Sequence record: SRR20825019_1459
Length of the DNA: 44,584 bases
Strand: one strand, 5' to 3'
The notes beneath the pieces are model-generated. The model worked only from the letters and a program-made list of their open reading frames with translations. It made no database searches and had not been told where the DNA came from. Of the stretch, positions 18,715 through 27,665 are shown in pieces. The position numbers were made by a program, and so were the translations under genes. The first letter of the stretch is position 1; the number at the start of each line of letters is the position of its first letter.

Positions 18715-21117
18715 ATGCGTTTCATGGGGATCGTTTTGTCGCTTAGCCTGGGGCTGCAGGTGGCACATGCCGAGGTCGTCAAACAAACAAAGGGCGACTT
18801 CGAAGATAAATTCAGACAGCTGGAAGAACACCTTCCAACACCGAACGTTTACCGCACAGGCTCCGGCGCGCCGGGCCATGCCTACTGGCAGCAAGAGGTA
18901 GACTATACGGTGAAGGTTACACTCAATGAAGAAGAGCGCAAGATCGCAGGCACGGAGCATGTTGTATATAAAAACAACTCGCCCGACACGCTGAGCTACC
19001 TCTGGCTTCAGCTTGATCAGAACCGCTTTTCAAAACACTCAGACGCCTACACCACCATGGAAATGGGCCGGAAAGCTTCCAAAAAGCTCTCCTATTCCAC
19101 CATGCGGTTTCTGGCGCGTACCGAATTTGAAGATTGGGGTTTCCAGCTCACAAAAGTGAAATCCGGCGGCAAGGACGTTCGCTACACCATCAACGACACG
19201 ATGATGCGCATTGACCTCGACAAGCCGCTCAAGCCGGGTGAGAGCTTCACGTTCGACATCGACTGGTGGTTCAATATCCCTGAGGGCAAAGCCATGGGCG
19301 CCCGCGGCGGATATGAGCCTTATAGCCGGGACGGAAACGATATTTTCTTCATCGCACAGTGGTTCCCACGCCTTGCGGCATACACTGATCTCGCAGGGTG
19401 GGAGCACAAGCAGTTTCTTGGCACCGGCGAGTTTACGCTTGAGTTTGGCGACTATGACGTTGAGATCACGGTTCCTGCAGACCACATCGTCGGCTCAACG
19501 GGTGTGCTGCAGAACCCGAAGGATGTCCTGACCGCCGATCAGCGCAAACGGCTTGATGAAGCCAAAACCGCTGAACGCCCTGTGTTCATCGTGACCCGCG
19601 AAGAAGCACTTGAAAACGAGAAAGAAGGCACGGACAAAACTAAAACCTGGCACTTCAAGGCCGAAAACGTTCGTGACTTTGCATTTGCCTCCTCGCGCAA
19701 ATTTGTATGGGATGCGCTGGGCGTGAAAATGCCGGATAGCGGCCGCACGGTTATGGCCATGTCGCTTTACCCCGATGAAGCCATGCCACTTTGGGATATG
19801 TATTCCACGCATTCCATTGCGCATACACTCGACACCTATAGCCGTTATTCCTTTGAGTATCCCTACCCTGTTGCATGGTCTGTGAACGGCCCAATCGGCG
19901 GTGGTATGGAATATCCGATGATCACTTCAAACGGCCCACGCCCGGTGATCGAGAAGAAAGACGATGGCTCGGAGGTTCGAACCTACACCAAGCGCGCAAA
20001 ATACGGCCTGATCTCGGTCATTATCCATGAAATCGGGCATATCTACTTCCCGATGATCGTAAACTCGGACGAGCGCAACTGGGCATGGATGGATGAAGGC
20101 CTCAACAGCTTCCTCCAGAGCCAGGCAGAGCGTGAGTGGGAAGCTGAATATCCGTCCCGCTACGGCCGTGCCAAGGAAGCCATTCCTTACATGGTGTCAC
20201 CAGACCAGACCCCGATCATGACACAATCGGACAGCATCATTGGGTATGGCCCCAACGCCTATACCAAACCTGCTGTTGCGCTGAATATCCTGCGTGAAAC
20301 TGTCATGGGGCGTGAACTGTTTGATTTTGCCTTCAAGGAATATTCAAAGCGCTGGAAGTTCAAGCGTCCGTATCCTGCTGATTTCTTCCGCACCATGGAA
20401 GATGCCAGCGGTAAAGACCTTGACTGGTTCTTCCGTGGCTGGTTCTACACAACGGATCACGTTGATATTGCGGTCACGGGCCTGACCCACGCGCAAATCA
20501 ACACGGGTGACCCGGAAGTGGAAAACCAGTTCAAGCGTGAGGAAGACCTGGAGGCGCAGCGGTATATTGCTGAAATGCGCAATCAGGCGGAAGGCATGCC
20601 GCGCCGTGTGGACCGCTTCCCAGAACTTCTGGACTTTTACAACGAAAACGACGACTTCATCGTCACCAAAGCCCAGAAAGATGCTTATGCGGGCATGCTC
20701 AAAGGGCTTGAGGACTGGCAGAAAGAACTGCTGAAATTTGGTCATGAGCTTTATTTCATCGACTTCGAGAACATTGGCGGCCTTGTTATGCCACTCGTGC
20801 TTGATGTTGAGTTTGAAGACGGCAGCCACGAGGAAGTTCGGGTTGCAGCCGAGATCTGGCGGAGCGATGCCAAGCACGCTACCAAGGTTCTCGTGCGTGA
20901 CAAGAAGATCAAGTCGGTAACACTTGACCCTTATAACGAGATCGCAGACGCAGAGAAAGCCAACAATGTTTGGCCGCCCAAGCCTCATATGTCTCGTGTC
21001 GAGCTCTACAAGCGCCGCTCAGAACAGCGCAACCTGATGAAAGAATATCTTGAAACTCAGGAAGCTGAAAAAGCGGCTGCTGAAGACGGTGACGAAGAAG
21101 ACGAGCCACAACAATAA
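18715..21117 (+). CDS. Secreted M1 family Zn aminopeptidase
   Basis: Signal peptide (AHA), G.PG..YWQQ, GGMEYP (GAMEN-like), HEIGH-x18-E (WMDEG). Confidence 0.92.
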   Translation: MRFMGIVLSLSLGLQVAHAEVVKQTKGDFEDKFRQLEEHLPTPNVYRTGSGAPGHAYWQQEVDYTVKVTLNEEERKIAGTEHVVYKNNSPDTLSYLWLQLDQNRFSKHSDAYTTMEMGRKASKKLSYSTMRFLARTEFEDWGFQLTKVKSGGKDVRYTINDTMMRIDLDKPLKPGESFTFDIDWWFNIPEGKAMGARGGYEPYSRDGNDIFFIAQWFPRLAAYTDLAGWEHKQFLGTGEFTLEFGDYDVEITVPADHIVGSTGVLQNPKDVLTADQRKRLDEAKTAERPVFIVTREEALENEKEGTDKTKTWHFKAENVRDFAFASSRKFVWDALGVKMPDSGRTVMAMSLYPDEAMPLWDMYSTHSIAHTLDTYSRYSFEYPYPVAWSVNGPIGGGMEYPMITSNGPRPVIEKKDDGSEVRTYTKRAKYGLISVIIHEIGHIYFPMIVNSDERNWAWMDEGLNSFLQSQAEREWEAEYPSRYGRAKEAIPYMVSPDQTPIMTQSDSIIGYGPNAYTKPAVALNILRETVMGRELFDFAFKEYSKRWKFKRPYPADFFRTMEDASGKDLDWFFRGWFYTTDHVDIAVTGLTHAQINTGDPEVENQFKREEDLEAQRYIAEMRNQAEGMPRRVDRFPELLDFYNENDDFIVTKAQKDAYAGMLKGLEDWQKELLKFGHELYFIDFENIGGLVMPLVLDVEFEDGSHEEVRVAAEIWRSDAKHATKVLVRDKKIKSVTLDPYNEIADAEKANNVWPPKPHMSRVELYKRRSEQRNLMKEYLETQEAEKAAAEDGDEEDEPQQ

Positions 21118-21154
21118 TCTGGCTGGTCTGATTTCGACCACAAAATAAAGGGAT

Positions 21155-21183
21155 AAAAAGGGGGTTCGCCCCCTTTTCTTTTT
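21155..21183 (+). terminator. Intrinsic terminator after the M1 peptidase
   Basis: AAAAGGGGG-ttcg-CCCCCTTTT-CTTTTT. Confidence 0.75.
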
Positions 21184-21285
21184 GTGCCACCGAGCACACA
21201 GCGGCGTTTGGAGTTTAGTCCCTTGACAAAGGGACAGTCATGGGGTCCCTTCCCCATCAGGGATTGGAGGCAAAGCGCGCAATTG

Positions 21286-22443
21286 ATGGCTATTCGGGTA
21301 ACGGTCAAAGCGGTTTTGGGGTTAGGTGCTATCGCACTGCTGACGCTATCAAAGGGGCTCGAGTCTGACGGAAGCGTCGGCTCGGTCCTTTTTGTGCTGG
21401 GTCTCGCCCTTATTGCTGTGCTGACGATTGTTCATCTCATTGAGATGAAGGCCGCACGGCAAAACGCTGCAAGCACTGAGAAACCCATGCTTGACCCCAA
21501 CAACCTGCCAGATGCCGTGGTGGTAACAGACGTTAACGGCCATATCCGCGTCATCAATACGGCCGCAAAAACCTTGTTTGATGGTTTGAATGTGGGCAAG
21601 AACGTCAAAACCCTGTTTGACGAATGGCATGATGGTCTGAATGAACGCAGCCAGGCAGATCAGGTAGTTGAAGCCGTGCTGTCGTCCCCTGATATTCAGT
21701 TCTCCGAACTATTGCACTTGAGCGATGGCCGTACGGTCGAGCGCACCACTCGCCCGCTTGAAAAACATGGACATAGGCTGTGGCTCCTGCGCGACATAAC
21801 CCACATGCAACTGGCTGATAGCGACAGCGCCATGCACCGGACCATGGTGGAAGCTGACGCTGCACGCACGGCGGAAATGGCAGAACAGCTCTATCACGCC
21901 AAAGCCGAGCTTGAGGCAAAGCAGGCAGAGCTTACAAGGCTTGCAAATACAGATTCCCTCACCGGGCTCTATAACCGCAGGCGGTTCACTGCCCTTGGTG
22001 AACAGGCTGTCTCAAACATTGAAGACGGCGCTGAAATCTGGGTCCTGATGATGGATATCGATCACTTCAAACGCGTGAACGACACCTATGGCCACGCGGC
22101 GGGCGATGTCGCTATCCGAGATTTTGCCAACATCATCAACTCAGGCGTTGGCGAACAAGGGTTTGTAGGCCGAATGGGCGGCGAAGAGTTCGCGGCTATC
22201 ATCCCAAACATAACACAGGACGAGGCTATCAAGATCGCCGAACAGGTGCGGCGCGATACTGCACATCACCAGACGATCAGCGATGATGAGAAGTTCCGCT
22301 TCACCGCCAGTATCGGCGTGGCTCAGTGGCTCGCCAATGAAATTACCATCGAACCTGCACTCGACCGGGCAGACCAGGCGCTTTATAGCGCTAAAACATA
22401 CGGCCGCAACCGCGTGGTTGGGTTCGAATACGCCGCAAATTAA
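21286..22443 (+). CDS. Membrane-anchored PAS-GGDEF diguanylate cyclase
   Basis: Two hydrophobic segments, PAS (LPDAVVVTD..G.I...N), D.LTGL.NRR, DIDHFK.VND.YGH..GD, GGEEF; start placed at ATG 21286. Confidence 0.92.
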   Translation: MAIRVTVKAVLGLGAIALLTLSKGLESDGSVGSVLFVLGLALIAVLTIVHLIEMKAARQNAASTEKPMLDPNNLPDAVVVTDVNGHIRVINTAAKTLFDGLNVGKNVKTLFDEWHDGLNERSQADQVVEAVLSSPDIQFSELLHLSDGRTVERTTRPLEKHGHRLWLLRDITHMQLADSDSAMHRTMVEADAARTAEMAEQLYHAKAELEAKQAELTRLANTDSLTGLYNRRRFTALGEQAVSNIEDGAEIWVLMMDIDHFKRVNDTYGHAAGDVAIRDFANIINSGVGEQGFVGRMGGEEFAAIIPNITQDEAIKIAEQVRRDTAHHQTISDDEKFRFTASIGVAQWLANEITIEPALDRADQALYSAKTYGRNRVVGFEYAAN

Positions 22444-22463
22444 CTGCATTATTAGGTACCGAC

Positions 22464-22979
22464 ATGCGATTTCCGCTCCGCTTCCGCCTTCACCTCTCGT
22501 TACTGTTTGCTCTCACTGCAGCATCTGCCGCTTATGCACACAATGTTTACACCACATTCACCACCATCGAGTGGAACGAAGCTGACAAATCGATTGAGCT
22601 TACAACCCAACTCCATGCCCACGAACTTGAAGCCCGGCTTTCGCTCGACCTCGGAGAGCGGCTCACGTTCCTGAGTGAAGAAGATTTCCCAAAACTGGAG
22701 GCCGCTGTCGGCCCGCTCGCCAAAAAGCTGCTGGCTATCAAGCTGGATGGGCAGTTTGTTGAGCTCAACTATCTAGGCATGGAAATGCAGGGCCAAACGA
22801 TCTTTTTCTATATGGAAGCCGACTGGCCAGATGCCCCCAAAGAGATCACCTTCATGAACGGCCTTTTCATTGACGAACTGCCCGGTCAGGTAAATTCTGT
22901 CATGGCGGTTGTGGACGGTGTGCGCAAAGCCGGTGAAATCCGCTCCGGCACTGGGCCCGCGACACTTTCGTTCCAGTAA
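22464..22979 (+). CDS. Secreted protein, DUF6702-like
   Basis: Signal peptide then H..YTT.T.IE, N.LF..E.P.Q.N.V; family recalled as an M1-peptidase neighbour. Confidence 0.65.
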   Translation: MRFPLRFRLHLSLLFALTAASAAYAHNVYTTFTTIEWNEADKSIELTTQLHAHELEARLSLDLGERLTFLSEEDFPKLEAAVGPLAKKLLAIKLDGQFVELNYLGMEMQGQTIFFYMEADWPDAPKEITFMNGLFIDELPGQVNSVMAVVDGVRKAGEIRSGTGPATLSFQ

Positions 22980-23061
22980 CCTCTATCTAAGCCTACTTTC
23001 AACACTTGCCTGCCATAATTTGGGTGGTTAATGTTCGGAACCGTTAAAAGAGAGAACAGCA

Positions 23062-23406
23062 ATGGTACCTTATAAAAAAACGACAGCAGCCTCATTGGTT
23101 TTCCTCACCACATGCCTTGGTTTCGCAAGCCCGGTGTTGGCAGAAGAAGACGCCCTGCAGGTAGCACGCGACACGGCCCGCATTGCAGGCGGCGCTCGCT
23201 TTTGCAAGGCAGATGAAGAACTGGTGGACGAATTTATCGGCAAAAGCGAAGGCAAGATCGCCGCGCTTGCCAAAGATGAATATGACAAGGTTTCCGCAGC
23301 AATTGAGTTTAAGAACCTGCTTACGGCCCTGAGCGTGAAAGCGCCTGAAGGCGGCTGTGACGAGTTCCTGCCGAAATTTGAAAAAGCCGTTAAAACGGAC
23401 CGCTAA
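23062..23406 (+). CDS. Small secreted hypothetical protein with two Cys in the mature chain
   Basis: Signal peptide (VLA-E), RBS AGAGAG, mature helical-looking region with two Cys. Confidence 0.7.
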   Translation: MVPYKKTTAASLVFLTTCLGFASPVLAEEDALQVARDTARIAGGARFCKADEELVDEFIGKSEGKIAALAKDEYDKVSAAIEFKNLLTALSVKAPEGGCDEFLPKFEKAVKTDR

Positions 23407-23627
23407 ACCGTTCGGCTTGAACACACCCCTCTTAAAAGCGACAAAACGAGCGCCCGGCACGATAAAACGATATGCCGGGCATTGACTCGTCCACACCACT
23501 CAAACCAAACTTCGGGCACACCCCCGCGTGGCGGATAACCCGCATGGGCACACGAGGGGCGGCTTGTCATGGTCATAACAAACAAAAGACCTGAACACTG
23601 GGCCAACAACAACTGGGAGAATAAAAG

Positions 23628-26303
23628 GTGATAGACCTTGAGAAAAACATCCGCATGCTTCTTGCAGGCGTCGCGATTGGTGCACTGACAGCTGTTGCAC
23701 CCTTGAGCGCAGACGATGAAAAGCCTGCTAAACCTTCCCTGCAAAAGCAGGAGGAGAAGCCAGAAGCAGATGCTGAAGCGGAGAGCTCTGACGCGGAGGA
23801 TGGCGAGGAAGCCAGCGACAAGGAAGAGAAGAAGAAAAAAGAAAAAACCATCGCGGACTTGGTTGAAGACCATACCGCCATGGACGGCCTTTTTAAGCTG
23901 TATCAGGACCCTGAAAAGGGAACGCTGCAGATGGAGATCCGGGCTGACCAGCTGGATAAGGAATATATCTACTTCTCACACACCGCTGACGGTGTTGTGG
24001 AAGGCGGGCATTTCCGTGGGCAATACCGCAACCAAAAGGTCTTCAAGATTGCCAAACACTTCGACCAGATCGAATTTTTGGAGATAAACCCATACTTCTA
24101 TTTTGATCCTGAGAGTGCGCTTGCGCGTGCGGCCGAAGCCAATATCAGCCCAGCCAGCATCTCGGTTCACAAGATTGTGGCAAAGTCGGAGGATGGCGGC
24201 AGCTTCCTCATCAAGGCAGACAATCTTTTTAAAGCAGAAGCCTTTGATCAGGTTAAGCCAACAAGCAACCCACAGCAAAAACCGTGGGAGGCCTTCAGGC
24301 TTGGCAAGCTTTCCGGCTCAAAAACCAAGATTTCAGACATCCGAAACTACCCGGAGAACACTGCCGTAACGGTGGACTATGTTTATACCAACCCGGCACC
24401 GCTCAATACCGGCAACTGGTTTGATATCACCGATGCCCGCAACGTCACCGTCAAGATGCAGCACACCTTGCTTGCGATGCCGGAGAATGACTTCAAGCCA
24501 CGCTTTGACGATGCCCGTGTTGGTTATTTTGTTGATTATGTCAACGACATGACCAGCCGTGAAGCCACACCGTGGCGCGATATGATCAACCGCTGGAAAC
24601 TGGTCAAAAAAGACCCGAACGCTGACATCTCTGAACCGGTTGAACCTATTGTGTGGTGGATTGAAAACACCACGCCGCTTGAGTTGCGCCCAACCATCAA
24701 AAAGGCAGTGGAAGCATGGAACATAGCCTTTGAAGAGGCTGGTTTCAAGAATGCCGTGCAGGTCAAAATCCAGCCGGATGATGCGGAGTGGGACGCGGGC
24801 GACATTCGCTACAATGTGCTGCGTTGGACCTCAAGCCCGCAACCGCCGTTTGGTGGCTATGGCCCAAGCTTCACCAACCCGCGCACAGGTCAGATCCTCG
24901 GCGCTGATATCATGCTTGAGTATACCTTCCTCACCAACCGCATGAACGCAAGCAAGGTGTTTGAAAGCGCCGCTCTTGGCACTTCAGAGACACCAGATGA
25001 AGCTGCTTCCTTTATGGAGCAACTGCGCGCGCATGAGCGCAACTGCGCAATGGCGGGCCACCTGCAGCTTAACAATATGCTAGGCAAAACGCTTGATAAG
25101 GTTATGGCATCCGGCCCTCAAGCCAGCGAAAAGCTGGTCGAAGAGTCGATCTATTACCTGATGCTGCATGAGGTTGGGCACACACTTGGCCTCAACCACA
25201 ATATGAAAGCCACCCAGGCGCGTGCTTATTCCGAAGCCCATGATATTGGTGCACAGGAGGACGGCCTCGCGGGCTCGGTGATGGATTATCCAAGCATCAA
25301 CTTTGCCCCGCCCGGCAAACAGCAGGCGCATTATTACACCGTTCGCCCCGGCGCTTACGATATCTGGGCCATCCAGTTCGGCTATAGCCCGGACCTTGAC
25401 GACCCTGAGAAGATGAAAGCGCACCTTGCGCGGTCAACGGAAAAGGCGCTGGTGTTCGGCAACGATGCAGATGACATGCGCGCCCCCGGCAAGGGTATCG
25501 ACCCAACCGTCAATATCTATGACATGACGGACGACGCGGTGAAGTTTGCTGAAGACAGGCTGAAGCTTGACCGCGACGCCATGGGCAAGCTGCGCAGCAA
25601 GTTCGCAGTGGACGGCGAAAGCTATCAGGAACTGAGGAATGCCTATCTGATCCTCACGGGCGATATGGCGTGGCAAGGCCGCGTGGTGTCTCGCTACATC
25701 GGCGGGGTTTATGTTGACCGTGCCGTTCACGGGCAAGATGGTGCAAACCAACCTTACCGCCCGGTTGAAGACGCCAAACAGCAACAAGCCATGAAATTGC
25801 TGCGTGATTATATCTTCGCGCCAGACGCTTTTGCGGCAGACCCGGCACTCTTCCAGTCTCTTGCTATTCAGCGTCGTGGCTTCTTCCACTTTTCTGGCAC
25901 AGAAGACCCGAAAGTTCACGGCAGGGCAGCGTCTATTCAGGCGGATATCCTCTCGCATCTGCTGCACCCTCGCACATTGATGCGGATCACGGATTCCGCG
26001 CTTTATGGCAACAGCTATAGTGTGACAGAGGTGATGTCGGACCTCACGGACGCCATCTTCCAGGATGATAGCCGAGGCGCTGTCAATAGCTTCCGGCAGG
26101 AACTGCAGATCATGTACGTGAAGATGCTGATCTCTATTCTTGGCAGCAACGACTATGACTATATCGCGCAATCAAACGCCTTCTCGAACCTCAAGACGCT
26201 GAAGGGTGCCATGGCGCGCTGGCGGGGTGATGCGGCAACACGGGCACACCGTGACCATATAGCCTTCCTGATCGACAAGGCCCTTGAGGTTCATGCCTCT
26301 TAA
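23628..26303 (+). CDS. Secreted metzincin Zn-metalloprotease (DUF5117/DUF4953, EcxA-like Zn domain)
   Basis: HEVGHTLGLNHN, Met-turn SVMDY, R..D.RVGYF, I.RW.L, W.AGDIRYN, NPRTG.I; GTG start after GGGAG. Confidence 0.92.
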   Translation: MIDLEKNIRMLLAGVAIGALTAVAPLSADDEKPAKPSLQKQEEKPEADAEAESSDAEDGEEASDKEEKKKKEKTIADLVEDHTAMDGLFKLYQDPEKGTLQMEIRADQLDKEYIYFSHTADGVVEGGHFRGQYRNQKVFKIAKHFDQIEFLEINPYFYFDPESALARAAEANISPASISVHKIVAKSEDGGSFLIKADNLFKAEAFDQVKPTSNPQQKPWEAFRLGKLSGSKTKISDIRNYPENTAVTVDYVYTNPAPLNTGNWFDITDARNVTVKMQHTLLAMPENDFKPRFDDARVGYFVDYVNDMTSREATPWRDMINRWKLVKKDPNADISEPVEPIVWWIENTTPLELRPTIKKAVEAWNIAFEEAGFKNAVQVKIQPDDAEWDAGDIRYNVLRWTSSPQPPFGGYGPSFTNPRTGQILGADIMLEYTFLTNRMNASKVFESAALGTSETPDEAASFMEQLRAHERNCAMAGHLQLNNMLGKTLDKVMASGPQASEKLVEESIYYLMLHEVGHTLGLNHNMKATQARAYSEAHDIGAQEDGLAGSVMDYPSINFAPPGKQQAHYYTVRPGAYDIWAIQFGYSPDLDDPEKMKAHLARSTEKALVFGNDADDMRAPGKGIDPTVNIYDMTDDAVKFAEDRLKLDRDAMGKLRSKFAVDGESYQELRNAYLILTGDMAWQGRVVSRYIGGVYVDRAVHGQDGANQPYRPVEDAKQQQAMKLLRDYIFAPDAFAADPALFQSLAIQRRGFFHFSGTEDPKVHGRAASIQADILSHLLHPRTLMRITDSALYGNSYSVTEVMSDLTDAIFQDDSRGAVNSFRQELQIMYVKMLISILGSNDYDYIAQSNAFSNLKTLKGAMARWRGDAATRAHRDHIAFLIDKALEVHAS

Positions 26304-26320
26304 TTCAGGCTCTTTAAGCG

Positions 26321-26357
26321 AAAAAAACGGCGGCATCTTTGCCGCCGTTTGTTTTTT
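26321..26357. terminator. Bidirectional intrinsic terminator
   Basis: AAAAAAACGGCGGCA-tctt-TGCCGCCGTTT-GTTTTTT between convergent genes. Confidence 0.8.
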
Positions 26358-26365
26358 ATCCGCGC

Positions 26366-27121
26366 CTAGTGAACGTAGCTCGCGCCGTTGATATCAAAGG
26401 TGCCGCCGGTAGCGTGGTCAATCAGACCCGATAGCAGAAAGGCCACCATGTTGGCGATATTTTCAGGCGGCGCAGCATCCCCCATAGGTATTTCCTTGAG
26501 CATACCCTCATTACCCGGCTCGTAGGCTACCGCCGCCATATCTGTTTTCACCCAGCCCGGTGCAATGGTGAAGCCGTATATGCCCTCCCCCGCATACGCG
26601 CGGGCGATCGACCGCATCAGCGAGACCACAGCCCCCTTGCTGGCGGCATAATGCATGAAGTCAGGCCCATCACCACGGAACGCTGCGCGGCTTGAGATGG
26701 TGACAATACGGCCACCCTGCTTCGCTTTGAAATGCAGAATGGCAGCGCGGCAAAGGTCAGCAACGGCCTGCACATTCACGGCCATCACATGAGCCCAGTC
26801 ATCGGCCCAGGCCTTGTCACTGGCGGTGATGGCGGTTTCGGGCATCACACCCGCATTGTTCACCAAGCCGTGGACACGGCCTTTAAAAGCTTCAGCTTCA
26901 GCCCACAGCGCTGCACCACTCCCTGCCACCCCCAGATCAGATTTAACCATAAGCAAGCGCTCGCTGCCGTATTCGGCTTGAAGTTCGGTCAGCTTACCCG
27001 GCGCACGGGCATATGAGCCCACCACATTCGCACCAGCAGCCAACAAAACACCCGCCGCCGCAGCGCCAATGCCGCGCGACGCGCCTGTTACCAATATTGT
27101 TTGTCCGTGAAGGTTGATCAT
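26366..27121 (-). CDS. Short-chain dehydrogenase/reductase (SDR)
   Basis: TGASRGIG, NNAG, catalytic YAASK, APGWV.TDM, TG.T.DINGASY. Confidence 0.93.
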   Translation of the reverse strand: MINLHGQTILVTGASRGIGAAAAGVLLAAGANVVGSYARAPGKLTELQAEYGSERLLMVKSDLGVAGSGAALWAEAEAFKGRVHGLVNNAGVMPETAITASDKAWADDWAHVMAVNVQAVADLCRAAILHFKAKQGGRIVTISSRAAFRGDGPDFMHYAASKGAVVSLMRSIARAYAGEGIYGFTIAPGWVKTDMAAVAYEPGNEGMLKEIPMGDAAPPENIANMVAFLLSGLIDHATGGTFDINGASYVH

Positions 27122-27183
27122 ACTGCCTCTCCGATTTTTGAGGCAGTATATCGAAGCCAGGTCAAATGGCTATGGTTGATAGG

Positions 27184-27462
27184 TCAATGTGTGCTCAGCC
27201 ACTTGCGGGCTTGACGCTGGGCTTCTGCTATATCGCGCATGTCCATATCACGTGCCAGCTCGCACCTGTCCACTTCAGCCCGGTTCACCCCCCTGATAGC
27301 GGCGAGATTGAACCACTTATGCGCTTCTATATAGTCTCGGTCCACACCGTGGCCGGTAGAGTATAAAAGCCCAAGGTCATAAAGGGCCTCTGCCGCCCCG
27401 GCCTCCGCTTTGGCCAACCGGTCAGCTATATAGTCATATAAATCCCTGTCTTTCTGTCCCAT
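27184..27462 (-). CDS. Small Sel1-repeat protein
   Basis: ALYDLGLLYSTG.GV..DYIEAHKWFNLAA..G, EAQRQARKW; GGAG before ATG 27462. Confidence 0.88.
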   Translation of the reverse strand: MGQKDRDLYDYIADRLAKAEAGAAEALYDLGLLYSTGHGVDRDYIEAHKWFNLAAIRGVNRAEVDRCELARDMDMRDIAEAQRQARKWLSTH

Positions 27463-27665
27463 ACCTTTGCTCCGTCCGTGAGATGGCGCACACGCGCACC
27501 TCTGGCCCCTACGGTATCCCGCAGGCCACACAGGCACTTCTTGTATTAGCGGACAGCTAAGCAACCTCTTCCGGGCCGCTTGATGACATTACCATAACAA
27601 AAAAAAGCGCCGTCTGAAACAGAATGCGCATCCGATTTTATCAATAATTAGGAGGTCGCTTGAAA

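Noticed and set aside
23025..23050. CtrA box upstream of the small secreted protein
   Set aside because: TTAA half-sites are 12 nt apart, not 7
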